Shown: positions 10,098-19,439 of the stretch, piece by piece
Numbering within the stretch: the stretch's first letter is position 1
Layout: each line of letters opens with the position of its first letter
Source of the DNA: Bacteroidia bacterium
GTDB lineage: Bacteria > Bacteroidota > Bacteroidia > SpSt-205
Reading direction: 5' to 3'
NCBI GenBank assembly: GCA_025057135.1
Contig: JANWXY010000085.1
Location: forward strand, 151-64,150
Length of the DNA stretch: 64,000 nucleotides
Position numbers and translations under genes: made by a program
The notes under the pieces: model-generated
What the model saw: the letters and a program-made list of their open reading frames with translations, nothing else
Told to the model about the DNA's origin: nothing
The model's database searches: none

Positions 10098-13000
10098 ATG
10101 CGCTACGCATTCATACTTGGCGTGTTTGGGCTGTTTATTTCTGCGCAGCCCCTCAGTGGAAACTATACGATAGTAGGCTCATCAGCAAACTTTGCCAGCA
10201 ATCAGTTTCCGAGTATTCAAGCGGCATTTGACTCCCTGTCTAATCGGGGCGCTTCGGGCGTCGTAACAATCACCTTGCCACCAGGTACCTCATGGGCCCC
10301 GACGAATGAGCCCACTACAATCACCCTGAGAGGCTATACCTGTACAAACTGTCGGGTTAGCTTGATTTTAGATACTGTAGTTGTGCTTCAAAAGCTCACC
10401 AATGCCACTTCGGATACCCGCTTCGTGCTGAGACTGGAAGGAAACATAAAGAACCTAACCATAGATGGACGGAATAAATTCACCATACAAAACACAGCCT
10501 CAGGACCCACAAGCACGGGTACGCTGGGTATCGTTTCGACTAGCTCTAAACCTCTGGTAGTGGATACGCTGCTCATTAGGGGTTTGATCATTCAAGGCAA
10601 TGGACGCTCTAACACTTTTGCCGGGATTTACTTGGGTCCCGATGCCAGTCTTACAACAGGCCCCCTATTATCTGGCAGCAGCATAAATGGGCTCCAAATA
10701 GTCGGAAACAGCATTGACTTTGTGAGCCGCCCTATTCATCTGCGGGGTGCTCGAACCATACTTCAAAACATCACCATCACAGATAACCGCATAGGACTTG
10801 CGAATGCTCAATCCTGGGCGGCTACTTTCAATATCGGAGCTGTACATATCATCGGAGGGCAGCGAATCACCATCCTGCGCAATCACATTACAGGGGCAGA
10901 AAGCGGCTCCCTAACAACTTCTAATAATGTAGCGGGAGTTCGCCTGGATAGCTGTGAGAGCTTTGAAATTGCCCGTAACTGGATTTATGGATTGCGCTTC
11001 ATAGGGAATGGGGGGCGAGGCGAACATGGGATTTTCGTCAGATTACCCGGCAGCTTCCTTAGCAGTAGCTCCTCTCATCTCATACACAATAACATGATAG
11101 CCGACATCCTCGGCGACTCCCGAAGTACATCAATGGCGGGCGATGGAGGTGAAAATGTCAGTGGCATATATCTCGGAGCTTTTGGAGCCTTATCCGATGC
11201 TCGTCTCCAAGTGTATCATAACTCCATCCATCTCTTTGGAGATAACTCCTCGGTAAATTCTACTCAATCAGGAGGAGCCTCTGCCTGCATCACCGTCGGT
11301 GATAGCATTCGTGGGGGAGTGGTGATAGTGGGCAATATACTCCAGAACACTCTACGGGTGGCCCAGCAACTGAAGCCAGCTTACGGGATCGTATTTTTGA
11401 CAAATAGCCCGCTCAGTAGCGTGAGCATAAACTATAATGCCTACTACATCAGCGCCCCAGCCGTATCTAACTACATAGCAGGGATAGGCAGCACAAACTA
11501 TACGACTTTTTCATCATGGCAGAGCTCTCCACTTTCACCAGAGTCTAACGGCATCGCCCTAAGCACTCCTGCGAACTTCACCTCTAATACAGACCTACAC
11601 CTTACAGCGAATACCCCCTCTTCTCTAATCAACGTAGGAAGTCCTACATACAACGGCACTCAGGACATTGACGGACAAACCAGACCCCTCCCCACTGGTA
11701 CATCAGCCTACAACGACAGTGGTACATTCCCAGACATAGGAGCTGATGAGCTGGATGGTACGATGTCTGGATGTTTTACGAGTTTATTCGCCCCTAATCT
11801 CATAACCTCTACTACGCCTGATATGGGAGGAGCATATTTCTGGGGTAAATCAATAACATTGGATACGACAGGTACAAACCAGCCCCCTGCCGCAGGTAGC
11901 CTCCAGATTATATACTCGCTGGACGATGGAAATACATGGACCTCTGGTCCTGCAGTAAGCAGCTTCCCCATAAGCTTCACTCTGCCTGGATTGGTACCGC
12001 CGACCTATGAGGATACTATATTCCTTGCTCTGAGGGCTGGACATGTGAATAGTGGGTGCCCCCTGCCCCCAGATACCTCCAATGCATTCCTACAGCTCCC
12101 CCTGCGCGATCGTCCAGGGAATCGTCCTACCACAGCCATACCCCTTACCCTCAACTTAGCCGGCGGAATTTGGACCGCCTCAATACAGGATAGCACGAAT
12201 GGACTGGCTACTTCTAATGAATATGGCAGCGGCACGGGAGCTCCCACAAACCCCCGCGGGACAGGAGCTCGGGATATTTTCTTCAAAATAACTCTGCCCG
12301 CTTGCTTTGACTCCCTGCGACTCAATACTTGCGATCCCTTCACCAACTTCGGCACAAGGATTAATCTCTTCAATCAAACCTCGCCTGATACCACTGCTGA
12401 TGAGGACCAAGGCTCAAGCTATTGCAGCAGCGCAGGATTCAGCAATCCGCAGTTCACCGCCCATCTCATAGCTATAGGCGGCGTGGGGTCCTCCCCTATC
12501 AGGCCTTATGATGAAGATCCAAATGCGCCCAATATAGACACTTTACGTCTGCGAGCCGGAGATGAGATTCTGATCGCCATAGAAGGTTTCAACTCTGGCG
12601 CCTCTGGCCGTTTCAACCTCTCCATCACAGGATATCCTACCACCGCCCAGACGATCATTTATCAGGGTACAGCACGTCCCAGCGGTACAGTGATAAATAT
12701 CAGCACGTCTAACACTTCTGTCCAAGATACCTTCATCGTCCAAGGAGGTGGCTTCCAACATGAGTGGCGAATTCACTTGAATGGACAAGCTATCCCCCTT
12801 CTCACCTTGGCAGATGATTCACTCGTCTATACATTCACCCAGGCGGGTACTTATCAGGTAATCGCCCAGTCTCTCCTCTGCGGAAAAGAAGATACACTGA
12901 TTGTGAATGTGAGTTTTACTACAGCTACGCACACCGGAACTTCTCCAAAAGTATTCGTATTCCCCAATCCTTCAAGTGGTAGCTTCACTGTAAAGTACCC

Positions 13001-13178
13001 AGCTGAGGCCGCCCTCCTTCACCTGTATATTTATGATTTGACGGGTAGGAAAGTTTATGAAACTGCTATACAGGGTCCTCAGCAGAGCATTTCTACTACC
13101 CTACCGAATGGTCTGTACCGCCTAACCCTCGTAAGCGATAAAGTTTTACAAGAGACGCCTCTGCTCATCCAGAGATAA
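10098..13178 (+). CDS. T9SS type-A-sorted secreted protein with parallel beta-helix and Ig-like domains
   Basis: Signal peptide ending SA|Q; FPSIQAAFDSL beta-helix cap; N/I/G-rich coils (IHNNMI, VYHNSIHL); DLHL...DIDGQTR...PDIGADE; C-terminal VFPNPSSG...IYDLTGRKV...LPNGLY (type A CTD). Confidence 0.85.
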   Translation: MRYAFILGVFGLFISAQPLSGNYTIVGSSANFASNQFPSIQAAFDSLSNRGASGVVTITLPPGTSWAPTNEPTTITLRGYTCTNCRVSLILDTVVVLQKLTNATSDTRFVLRLEGNIKNLTIDGRNKFTIQNTASGPTSTGTLGIVSTSSKPLVVDTLLIRGLIIQGNGRSNTFAGIYLGPDASLTTGPLLSGSSINGLQIVGNSIDFVSRPIHLRGARTILQNITITDNRIGLANAQSWAATFNIGAVHIIGGQRITILRNHITGAESGSLTTSNNVAGVRLDSCESFEIARNWIYGLRFIGNGGRGEHGIFVRLPGSFLSSSSSHLIHNNMIADILGDSRSTSMAGDGGENVSGIYLGAFGALSDARLQVYHNSIHLFGDNSSVNSTQSGGASACITVGDSIRGGVVIVGNILQNTLRVAQQLKPAYGIVFLTNSPLSSVSINYNAYYISAPAVSNYIAGIGSTNYTTFSSWQSSPLSPESNGIALSTPANFTSNTDLHLTANTPSSLINVGSPTYNGTQDIDGQTRPLPTGTSAYNDSGTFPDIGADELDGTMSGCFTSLFAPNLITSTTPDMGGAYFWGKSITLDTTGTNQPPAAGSLQIIYSLDDGNTWTSGPAVSSFPISFTLPGLVPPTYEDTIFLALRAGHVNSGCPLPPDTSNAFLQLPLRDRPGNRPTTAIPLTLNLAGGIWTASIQDSTNGLATSNEYGSGTGAPTNPRGTGARDIFFKITLPACFDSLRLNTCDPFTNFGTRINLFNQTSPDTTADEDQGSSYCSSAGFSNPQFTAHLIAIGGVGSSPIRPYDEDPNAPNIDTLRLRAGDEILIAIEGFNSGASGRFNLSITGYPTTAQTIIYQGTARPSGTVINISTSNTSVQDTFIVQGGGFQHEWRIHLNGQAIPLLTLADDSLVYTFTQAGTYQVIAQSLLCGKEDTLIVNVSFTTATHTGTSPKVFVFPNPSSGSFTVKYPAEAALLHLYIYDLTGRKVYETAIQGPQQSISTTLPNGLYRLTLVSDKVLQETPLLIQR

Positions 13179-13197
13179 GTCTTCTGGGGATTCTCGG

Positions 13198-13241
13198 ATA
13201 GTCCCGAAACGCTTTTGTAGAGCGTTTCGGGACTATTTTTT
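13198..13241 (+). terminator. Intrinsic terminator
   Basis: Perfect 16-bp stem ATAGTCCCGAAACGCT / AGCGTTTCGGGACTAT, 7-nt loop, then a T run, about 20 nt after the stop of the T9SS gene. Confidence 0.85.
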
Positions 13242-13285
13242 CGGTGACAGGGAGAAAGAAACATACAAGTGCTGCAAGGAAAAGC

Positions 13286-13298
13286 TGTATCTGATACA
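13286..13298. promoter_or_regulatory. Candidate operator palindrome upstream of the P-type ATPase
   Basis: TGTATC-T-GATACA perfect inverted repeat just upstream of a -7-like box (TAAGTTAG, 4 nt before ATG 13323). Confidence 0.4.
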
Positions 13299-13322
13299 TC
13301 CTAAATCCGTTAAGTTAGCCTT

Positions 13323-15443
13323 ATGGCAGTGGTGGAAGCCACCTATAAAATCGTAGGGATGACTTGTCAAAGTTGTGCAGCGAGCGTTCGGAGTCTATTA
13401 GAGAATGTACCCGGCGTTGAAGGTGTAGAAGTACACTTTGCGACACAGGAGGTTACGATTTTACATGAAGCTGAAAAGGCACCCTTTGATAAACTACGGG
13501 AAGCACTCACGCCAGCAGGCTATGAGCTCATACCCAACTCTGAGACCCAGCTGATCATTCAGCAGCAGTACATCAAGCAGCTAATACGATACCTATACTG
13601 GCTGGGTGGGCTTGCTGTGACGGGCGCAGCGATACACTTCTTGTCGGGACATTTCGCTCACAGGATTGCTCTGCTTCATTATAGCCTTACGCTGCCGAGC
13701 GTTATATGGATAGCGGGCAGGTACTTCTTCCGACCGGCATGGCAGCAGCTGAGAGTTCGGCAACTGACGATGGATACGCTGGTATCTCTGGGCATTCTCG
13801 GTAGCTTGCTTTTAGGAGGGATAGAGCTTTACACCGGGAAAGTAGGCCATTCTGTGGTAGCAGGGGCAGAAATCTCATTCTTCATACTGATAGGCCGCTT
13901 ATTGGAAGAGAAAGCCCGATACAGAACTAAATCTGCACTGGAGACCTTCTCTGCTTTGGCTGTGCCTACTGCTCGGCGCATTTATGAAGGTGGAAGGGCT
14001 GAAACCGTTTCCACTCATAGTCTGAGTGTAGGCGATATTGTAGAAGTGCGGCCTGGTGAAACCTTTCCAATAGACGGAACCGTCCTCTCAGGGAAGGCCT
14101 CAGTATCAGAAAGCCTCCTGACCGGCGAACCTTTTCCCGTAGAGAAAACTACCGGAGACAAAGTTTGGGCTGGTACTCAGAATGTCGCTGGCACTGTACA
14201 TATCCGAATGGATACCCCCGTTCAAGAGACTTTCTTAGCTCAGCTTATTCTGCGCATACAGAGAGCACAGAATAGCCAGGCCCGCCTACAGAGGGTAGCA
14301 GACCGCATATCCAGCTTTTTCGTCCCTTTCATAATCGCTCTATCAGCTTTGACGCTACTTTACCATTTGTGGCAAGGTGCAGCAGCCGAAACGGCATGGG
14401 AAAGAGCTTTGAGCGTACTGGTTATCTCGTGTCCCTGTGCCCTGGGTTTAGCTACGCCTATCGCCGTCCAGATGGCTATCGGTAGTGCTGCAGGCGCGCA
14501 GATATTACTGCGAGAAATAGCTCAACTGGAAAACCTCTCAAAGGGAACCATTTGGGCATTTGATAAAACGGGTACTTTGACCTACGGAAAAGCTGCCGTC
14601 AAGAACGCTCAAATATACGCGACCGAGGAGACTCCGTATGTTCTATCCGCTATTCGGCGTAGCTTACATCCTTTGGCCCAGACCTTAGCTGAATATCTCG
14701 CCCCTATAACTCCCCCTGCTCCAACCGAACCCCAGCTTGTTGAACTCCCGGGCAAAGGGCTCATAGCTACTTTCCCTAACAAGAAACTTTATGTAGGCAA
14801 TCCCCACTGGATAGCGGAAAAGCATCCTGACTTACCCATCCCGACAGATACGGCGGTAGTTGTCGCGACACCTGAAAGAGTCATCGGCATTTTTACCTTT
14901 GAGGATAAGCTTAGAGAGGGACTAGGGCCTTTCTTATCTCAGCTCAAAGCGAAAGATAAAAAGCTTGTTTTGCTGACAGGCGATCCCTCTGAAACGGCCC
15001 AGATTGTAGGGCAAAGGCTCGGATTTGACGAGATACATCAGGGCCTCTCGCCCATAGACAAAGCCCAGTGGATAGAAAAGATTCAGAGCCAAGGGGAAAA
15101 AGTTGTATTCGTCGGGGATGGGATTAACGATGCTCTGGCGTTACAGACCGCCAGTGTAGGCATTGCCGCACACTGTGGTGTGGGAGCTGCGGTACATAGC
15201 GCTGGTATAGCCCTTCTGAGAGACATAGACACAGCATTACCCGCTCTCTACATTTTGAGCAGGCGACTGCACCGAATTATAACCCAAAACCTCCTATGGG
15301 CGTTTGCCTATAACTTTTTGGCTATCCCTATTGCTATGGGATTAGTGCCAGGCGTGGAAATCACCCCAAGCATAAGTGCCTTGCTTATGTCGCTAAGCTC
15401 GCTGACTGTAGTCTTGAATAGTCTGCGCCTGAGGATAGGTTAG
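13323..15443 (+). CDS. Heavy-metal P1B-type ATPase, Cu+-type (CopA/CcoI-like)
   Basis: GMTCQSC HMA domain, LTGEP, ISCPCALGLATP, DKTGTLT, HP, GDGINDA, WAFAYN and MSLSS. Confidence 0.9.
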   Translation: MAVVEATYKIVGMTCQSCAASVRSLLENVPGVEGVEVHFATQEVTILHEAEKAPFDKLREALTPAGYELIPNSETQLIIQQQYIKQLIRYLYWLGGLAVTGAAIHFLSGHFAHRIALLHYSLTLPSVIWIAGRYFFRPAWQQLRVRQLTMDTLVSLGILGSLLLGGIELYTGKVGHSVVAGAEISFFILIGRLLEEKARYRTKSALETFSALAVPTARRIYEGGRAETVSTHSLSVGDIVEVRPGETFPIDGTVLSGKASVSESLLTGEPFPVEKTTGDKVWAGTQNVAGTVHIRMDTPVQETFLAQLILRIQRAQNSQARLQRVADRISSFFVPFIIALSALTLLYHLWQGAAAETAWERALSVLVISCPCALGLATPIAVQMAIGSAAGAQILLREIAQLENLSKGTIWAFDKTGTLTYGKAAVKNAQIYATEETPYVLSAIRRSLHPLAQTLAEYLAPITPPAPTEPQLVELPGKGLIATFPNKKLYVGNPHWIAEKHPDLPIPTDTAVVVATPERVIGIFTFEDKLREGLGPFLSQLKAKDKKLVLLTGDPSETAQIVGQRLGFDEIHQGLSPIDKAQWIEKIQSQGEKVVFVGDGINDALALQTASVGIAAHCGVGAAVHSAGIALLRDIDTALPALYILSRRLHRIITQNLLWAFAYNFLAIPIAMGLVPGVEITPSISALLMSLSSLTVVLNSLRLRIG

Positions 15444-15568
15444 ATATAGATATGTGTTCTATGATAAAAAAGCGGTACATGTGGTGAAGCTGAAAAAACA
15501 TCCTGTGCGCAGACGGAAGGTTTAGTGCATGACTCAGGCACAGAGGTTGTTACCATGATCAGGTAAAT

Positions 15569-15601
15569 AAAAAAACTGGGGGCTATTACAATGCCCCCAG
15601 T
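15569..15601 (-). terminator. Intrinsic terminator of the outer-membrane protein gene
   Basis: 9-bp stem ACTGGGGGC / GCCCCCAGT preceded on the plus strand by an A run (U tract on the minus-strand RNA). A second, weaker hairpin lies at about 15611-15638. Confidence 0.75.
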
Positions 15602-15647
15602 CTGCAATCAAAGCTCGCAGTTTGTATTTGCTGAGCTTGCGAAAAGA

Positions 15648-16466
15648 CTACTTGACAGCTATATTGTAACTGATGCCCAACATCAGCCCCCCCGTGATAG
15701 CAGATGTAGCTGGTCTTTTTTCGGTAGAGCTACCATGTGATCCAAGTTCATATTTAGGCTTCTGCTCCCAATACGGATCAGAATGATTTCCATGCGGTAT
15801 AGCGGCGTCCTTATTCTCTACATCGCCGAAGCTATAGTCTCCCCTGAAATGCAAACTCAGTAACAGCTCATCTGAGAGCTTGATTCCTACGCCTAATCCG
15901 AGGGCAGCTCCGAAGTTAGAGGAACGATAGATAGGTGCTGTCAGCTCCTCTTCCTGGGTATAAGAAGGAAAAGGAGGTACAGAGATTGTATAAGTGGCTT
16001 TGGTGCCCGATACTTCTAACTTCTCAGAGTTGTTACCCGCCGAGAAAGTCGCCTCGTCTTTGTACCCTGTGAGCAGACTAAGCTGCGGACCCAAAAAGAA
16101 GCTGAATTGCACGGGTGAGTTAGGGTCAGAGTTAAACCGCAAGAGGAGGGGAAGTTTGAGATAGTTTAACGAGGTTTGGGCTGTCAAGTCAACGCCAGAT
16201 TCGGTCCCCTTGTACTTTTGCCCTTGACGGGAATACAAGACATCCAAACCAACGCCGATATAATCTGTGAAGTTGTACCCCAAAGTAATCCCGCCAGCAA
16301 ATCCCCAAGTGGATACATAGTCCAGTTCTGGTCCAGCATCCGAATCATCCTGATTGAGCAGCCATGTACTCTGAGGAAGGAATGCAGCGCCAACTTTTAT
16401 AGTACCTTGCTGCGCATATAGTCCTCCCAAAAGGAGGAACGATAACCATACGGACTGCTTTTTCAT
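15648..16466 (-). CDS. Outer-membrane beta-barrel (porin-family) protein
   Basis: Signal peptide ending LYA|Q; alternating strands GITLGYNF, YSRQGQKY, LNYLKLPLLLRF and FFLGPQLSLL; C-terminal GISYNI. ATG 16466 sits 7 nt after TACCTTTG. Confidence 0.8.
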   Translation of the reverse strand: MKKQSVWLSFLLLGGLYAQQGTIKVGAAFLPQSTWLLNQDDSDAGPELDYVSTWGFAGGITLGYNFTDYIGVGLDVLYSRQGQKYKGTESGVDLTAQTSLNYLKLPLLLRFNSDPNSPVQFSFFLGPQLSLLTGYKDEATFSAGNNSEKLEVSGTKATYTISVPPFPSYTQEEELTAPIYRSSNFGAALGLGVGIKLSDELLLSLHFRGDYSFGDVENKDAAIPHGNHSDPYWEQKPKYELGSHGSSTEKRPATSAITGGLMLGISYNIAVK

Positions 16467-16500
16467 ATCGGAGCAAAGGTATAAAAACCGCAGCTTGCCT

Positions 16501-17649
16501 TTACCTATCCACTTCACACATCACGATATCCAAAGACCCTAAAAGAGCCACGAAATCCGCAAGCCACATCCCCTGGCTCGTCAGCGAGGGTAACATAGAC
16601 AAGTGAGCAAATGAGGGGGATCGAGCTTTGAGGCGATGAGGTATGTCTTTATTCTTTTCAACCTCTATCACAAATCCAATTTCCCCTCTGGCGCCCTCCG
16701 CCGCTGCGTAGAGGCTCTGATCTTCTTTTGGACGGGGTTTTTTACCAGAGAGCCCCCTCGGATTGAAATCCCCGCCACCAGGATAGGCCTTTTCCAATCG
16801 GTCTAAACACTGCAGGACTATCTTGATACTTTCCTCCATCTCTCTAAATCGTACATAGGTACGAGCCCAGCAGTCTCCCGCTTCTTCCACTGGCACGTCA
16901 AACTCTATCTCGGGATATACACTGTACGGACGCACCCGCCGAAGGTCCCAAGCTAATCCGCTTGCCCTAAGCACAGGCCCCGATGCCCCATAAGCTAAAG
17001 CCGTCTCCAAAGGAATAACCCCAACACCTTCAGTTCTATCACGAAAAATGCGATTTTCCAGGACAAGAGCCTTGATCTCATCCAGACTTCTGCGGAAATA
17101 ACCTAAAAAATCTCTAACCTTTTCTGAAAAACCCAACGGCATATCAAATGACACTCCACCGATCCATATGTAGTTATACAGGAGGCGCGCCCCTGTCCAA
17201 CCCTCAAGCATCTCTAAGATAAACTCTCTGTCGCGAAAAGCCCACAAGAATCCCGTCGTAGCCCCTAAATCAATAGCATAAGTACCGATGGCCAGAAGAT
17301 GGGAAGCGATGCGATTGAGCTCTGCGGCAAGTACTCGGAGGTATTCAATCCGCTTGGGTAGTAAGCCTTCCCAGTCTAAGGCTCGTTCTACCGCCAAGGC
17401 GTAAGCATGCTCTCCTAAAATAGGAGCGACATAATCCAGTCTATCCACATAGGGGATAATTTGGGGAAAAGTCAGATGCTGGGCGTGCTTCTCAAAGCAG
17501 CGGTGCATATAGCCTATTTCTACTTCGGCGCCGATGACCCACTCCCCTTCCAAGTCCAGAGTAACATGAAGCACGCCATGGGTAGAAGGATGTTGGGGGC
17601 CCATGTGCAGTTTCATCCAGAGCGAATGTACTATGGGGGGCTCTTGCAA
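16501..17649 (-). CDS. nuoD: NADH-quinone oxidoreductase subunit D (isolated from other nuo genes)
   Basis: MGPQHPSTHGVL, IGYMHR, DRLDY, ELNRIASHL, GPVLRASG, GDCWAR, RGEIG, RSPSF and C-terminal LDIVMCEVDR. The start is TTG 17649 or ATG 17616. Confidence 0.93.
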   Translation of the reverse strand: MQEPPIVHSLWMKLHMGPQHPSTHGVLHVTLDLEGEWVIGAEVEIGYMHRCFEKHAQHLTFPQIIPYVDRLDYVAPILGEHAYALAVERALDWEGLLPKRIEYLRVLAAELNRIASHLLAIGTYAIDLGATTGFLWAFRDREFILEMLEGWTGARLLYNYIWIGGVSFDMPLGFSEKVRDFLGYFRRSLDEIKALVLENRIFRDRTEGVGVIPLETALAYGASGPVLRASGLAWDLRRVRPYSVYPEIEFDVPVEEAGDCWARTYVRFREMEESIKIVLQCLDRLEKAYPGGGDFNPRGLSGKKPRPKEDQSLYAAAEGARGEIGFVIEVEKNKDIPHRLKARSPSFAHLSMLPSLTSQGMWLADFVALLGSLDIVMCEVDR

Positions 17650-17689
17650 TTGTCATTTTCTGCTTACCTTTGTGCCGAACAAAACACAC

Positions 17690-17902
17690 ATGCCTATGCG
17701 AGCATTCGTAGTAGCCCTTCTGACAGCAGGTATGTACCTGCTCGTAGGCTGCGGTGGGCAGCAGCAAGAGCAAAAAGCAGCAGAACAGAAGACTGAACAA
17801 TCCCAACCTGCCTCTCAACCGGCAGAACCTGCGCCTGCTCCGACTCAAGAAACCCAAGGAGCGACCGCAGACACAAGCAAGAAGGCTCCCGAGAAGAAGT
17901 AA
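17690..17902 (+). CDS. Small disordered lipoprotein
   Basis: MPMRAFVVALLTAGMYLLVG|C lipobox, then a Q/E/P/A/K-rich tail. It has its own TACCTTTG box upstream and a terminator downstream. Confidence 0.75.
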   Translation: MPMRAFVVALLTAGMYLLVGCGGQQQEQKAAEQKTEQSQPASQPAEPAPAPTQETQGATADTSKKAPEKK

Positions 17903-17938
17903 ATCTCGGCGTAGTTTCATTGCGAGTTCAGTCTCACG

Positions 17939-17971
17939 AGCCTCTCGCCCCCCGCGAGAGGCTTTTGTTTT
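17939..17971 (+). terminator. Intrinsic terminator
   Basis: AGCCTCTCGC-CCCCC-GCGAGAGGCT followed by TTTGTTTT. Confidence 0.8.
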
Positions 17972-17972
17972 A

Positions 17973-19412
17973 TTACCTATCGTCTCTTACAAAACCTATT
18001 GTCTGATCATCTCTGAACATAAACGCGCCATCCCGCCCAAAACGGTTGAGCCGTTCAGTTTCCCCTGTAGAAGCTCCTCTTGCTCTTAGTAGAAAGGCGC
18101 GCCAGTTTCGATTCTGTATCTCCCCAATCTTATTGGAGTGGAGCAGCGGGTATTCATTTGTGATGAGGTCTGGGTCATAAAATACAAATATCACCTGCCC
18201 CTGCGCTCCTATCTGATTATAGGTCCAAATCTGATAGGGATATTTATCGGGCTCATTGTAGAAAAACTGCATGTCATTCGGTGGCCCATACTGAATAAAG
18301 ACTCGTCCGCGATCGGTTTTCCACCCAGGACGCATTGAGGATTTGAAGTGCTGCTGGGCATACTCAAATCGCCGAAGAAACTCTTTGAGGTCCATGCTTC
18401 CCGGCATTCCTTGACGCTTCTTCCAGAAGGCTACGAAAAACTTCTTTTTATCTGAAAACTTTTCCAAGGTGCGCATGAAGCTTTTTTCACTGGGAGAGGC
18501 AAGGTGCGTCATCCCCCCCAGGAGCTCGTCAAGTTTAGACTCAGAGAAGCCATACAAAGCATCGTACTCAGACTCTGAGGCTTCTACCATAGGCTCTGCA
18601 GTGGAGATTAGGGTAAAGCGCCGATACCATGAAGCGAGAACGGCACCATCATTACGGCATAGCTCTATCTGCGCAATATAGATACCAGAGCCGAGTCTAC
18701 GAATAGGCAGAGTGAAAACAAATGCCTCAAACGGCTTCGGACGACTCGGACGACGAGCGTAGGATAGTTCCGAAACCTCTTGTGCCCTCTGCGCATCTAA
18801 AACTCGCACACGAAGGTAATAGGGCTCTGTTGTCAAGCTATCCGTAGCATATACCTCGCCATAAATTCGCAGCGTATCCGGATCAACCAGAAGTCCATTT
18901 GATATCCATGGCTCCAATCGTAACCCATGCCGTTCGTAGGGAGCCTCCTCCGCATTTATTCTATGCGCAAAAAGCAGGTCGCTATACCGAAAGCCCCCTG
19001 CCCGTTCAGGCATTTCAAACTCCATGACCGCCTTGACCTTCTGAGGACGGGGGGTCTGATTAGGGTCAGTAGCTTCTATTTCTATCTGATAGGTGCCGGA
19101 GGGTATCCTTAGCCGCCGAATATCAGCATATAAGCGCTGGCGACTGACGGATAAGCTATCCTTCGCTGGGGGAAGTACGAAGCGAAACTTATCCGCATAT
19201 ACAGGAGCATCTAAGGCATTTTTGATGATGAGCGTAAAATCTACCTCTCCTTCATAGACTCCGCCCCGAGCCACATATCGTACCGAACTGGCATCCACTC
19301 CGATAAATAGCTCCACATAGGGCTGACCCTCTGGCGTATAATATCGCACGGGCTCTACATAAAAAACCACCTGAGCCCACGCTCCAGCAAGTAGCCATAG
19401 AAGGCCCCTCAT
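17973..19412 (-). CDS. GWxTD domain-containing exported protein
   Basis: FFVAFWKKR...RFEYAQQHF...GWKTDRGRVFIQYGPP...YQIWTY; signal peptide ending AWA|Q. Confidence 0.88.
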   Translation of the reverse strand: MRGLLWLLAGAWAQVVFYVEPVRYYTPEGQPYVELFIGVDASSVRYVARGGVYEGEVDFTLIIKNALDAPVYADKFRFVLPPAKDSLSVSRQRLYADIRRLRIPSGTYQIEIEATDPNQTPRPQKVKAVMEFEMPERAGGFRYSDLLFAHRINAEEAPYERHGLRLEPWISNGLLVDPDTLRIYGEVYATDSLTTEPYYLRVRVLDAQRAQEVSELSYARRPSRPKPFEAFVFTLPIRRLGSGIYIAQIELCRNDGAVLASWYRRFTLISTAEPMVEASESEYDALYGFSESKLDELLGGMTHLASPSEKSFMRTLEKFSDKKKFFVAFWKKRQGMPGSMDLKEFLRRFEYAQQHFKSSMRPGWKTDRGRVFIQYGPPNDMQFFYNEPDKYPYQIWTYNQIGAQGQVIFVFYDPDLITNEYPLLHSNKIGEIQNRNWRAFLLRARGASTGETERLNRFGRDGAFMFRDDQTIGFVRDDR

Positions 19413-19439
19413 AAGTCAAATATATCCAAATTCTCTGCC

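Noticed and set aside
16501-17649. Group 4 [NiFe]-hydrogenase large subunit
   Set aside because: It lacks the RxCxxC and DPCxxC ligand motifs and has the NuoD-specific RLDY and HPSTHG.
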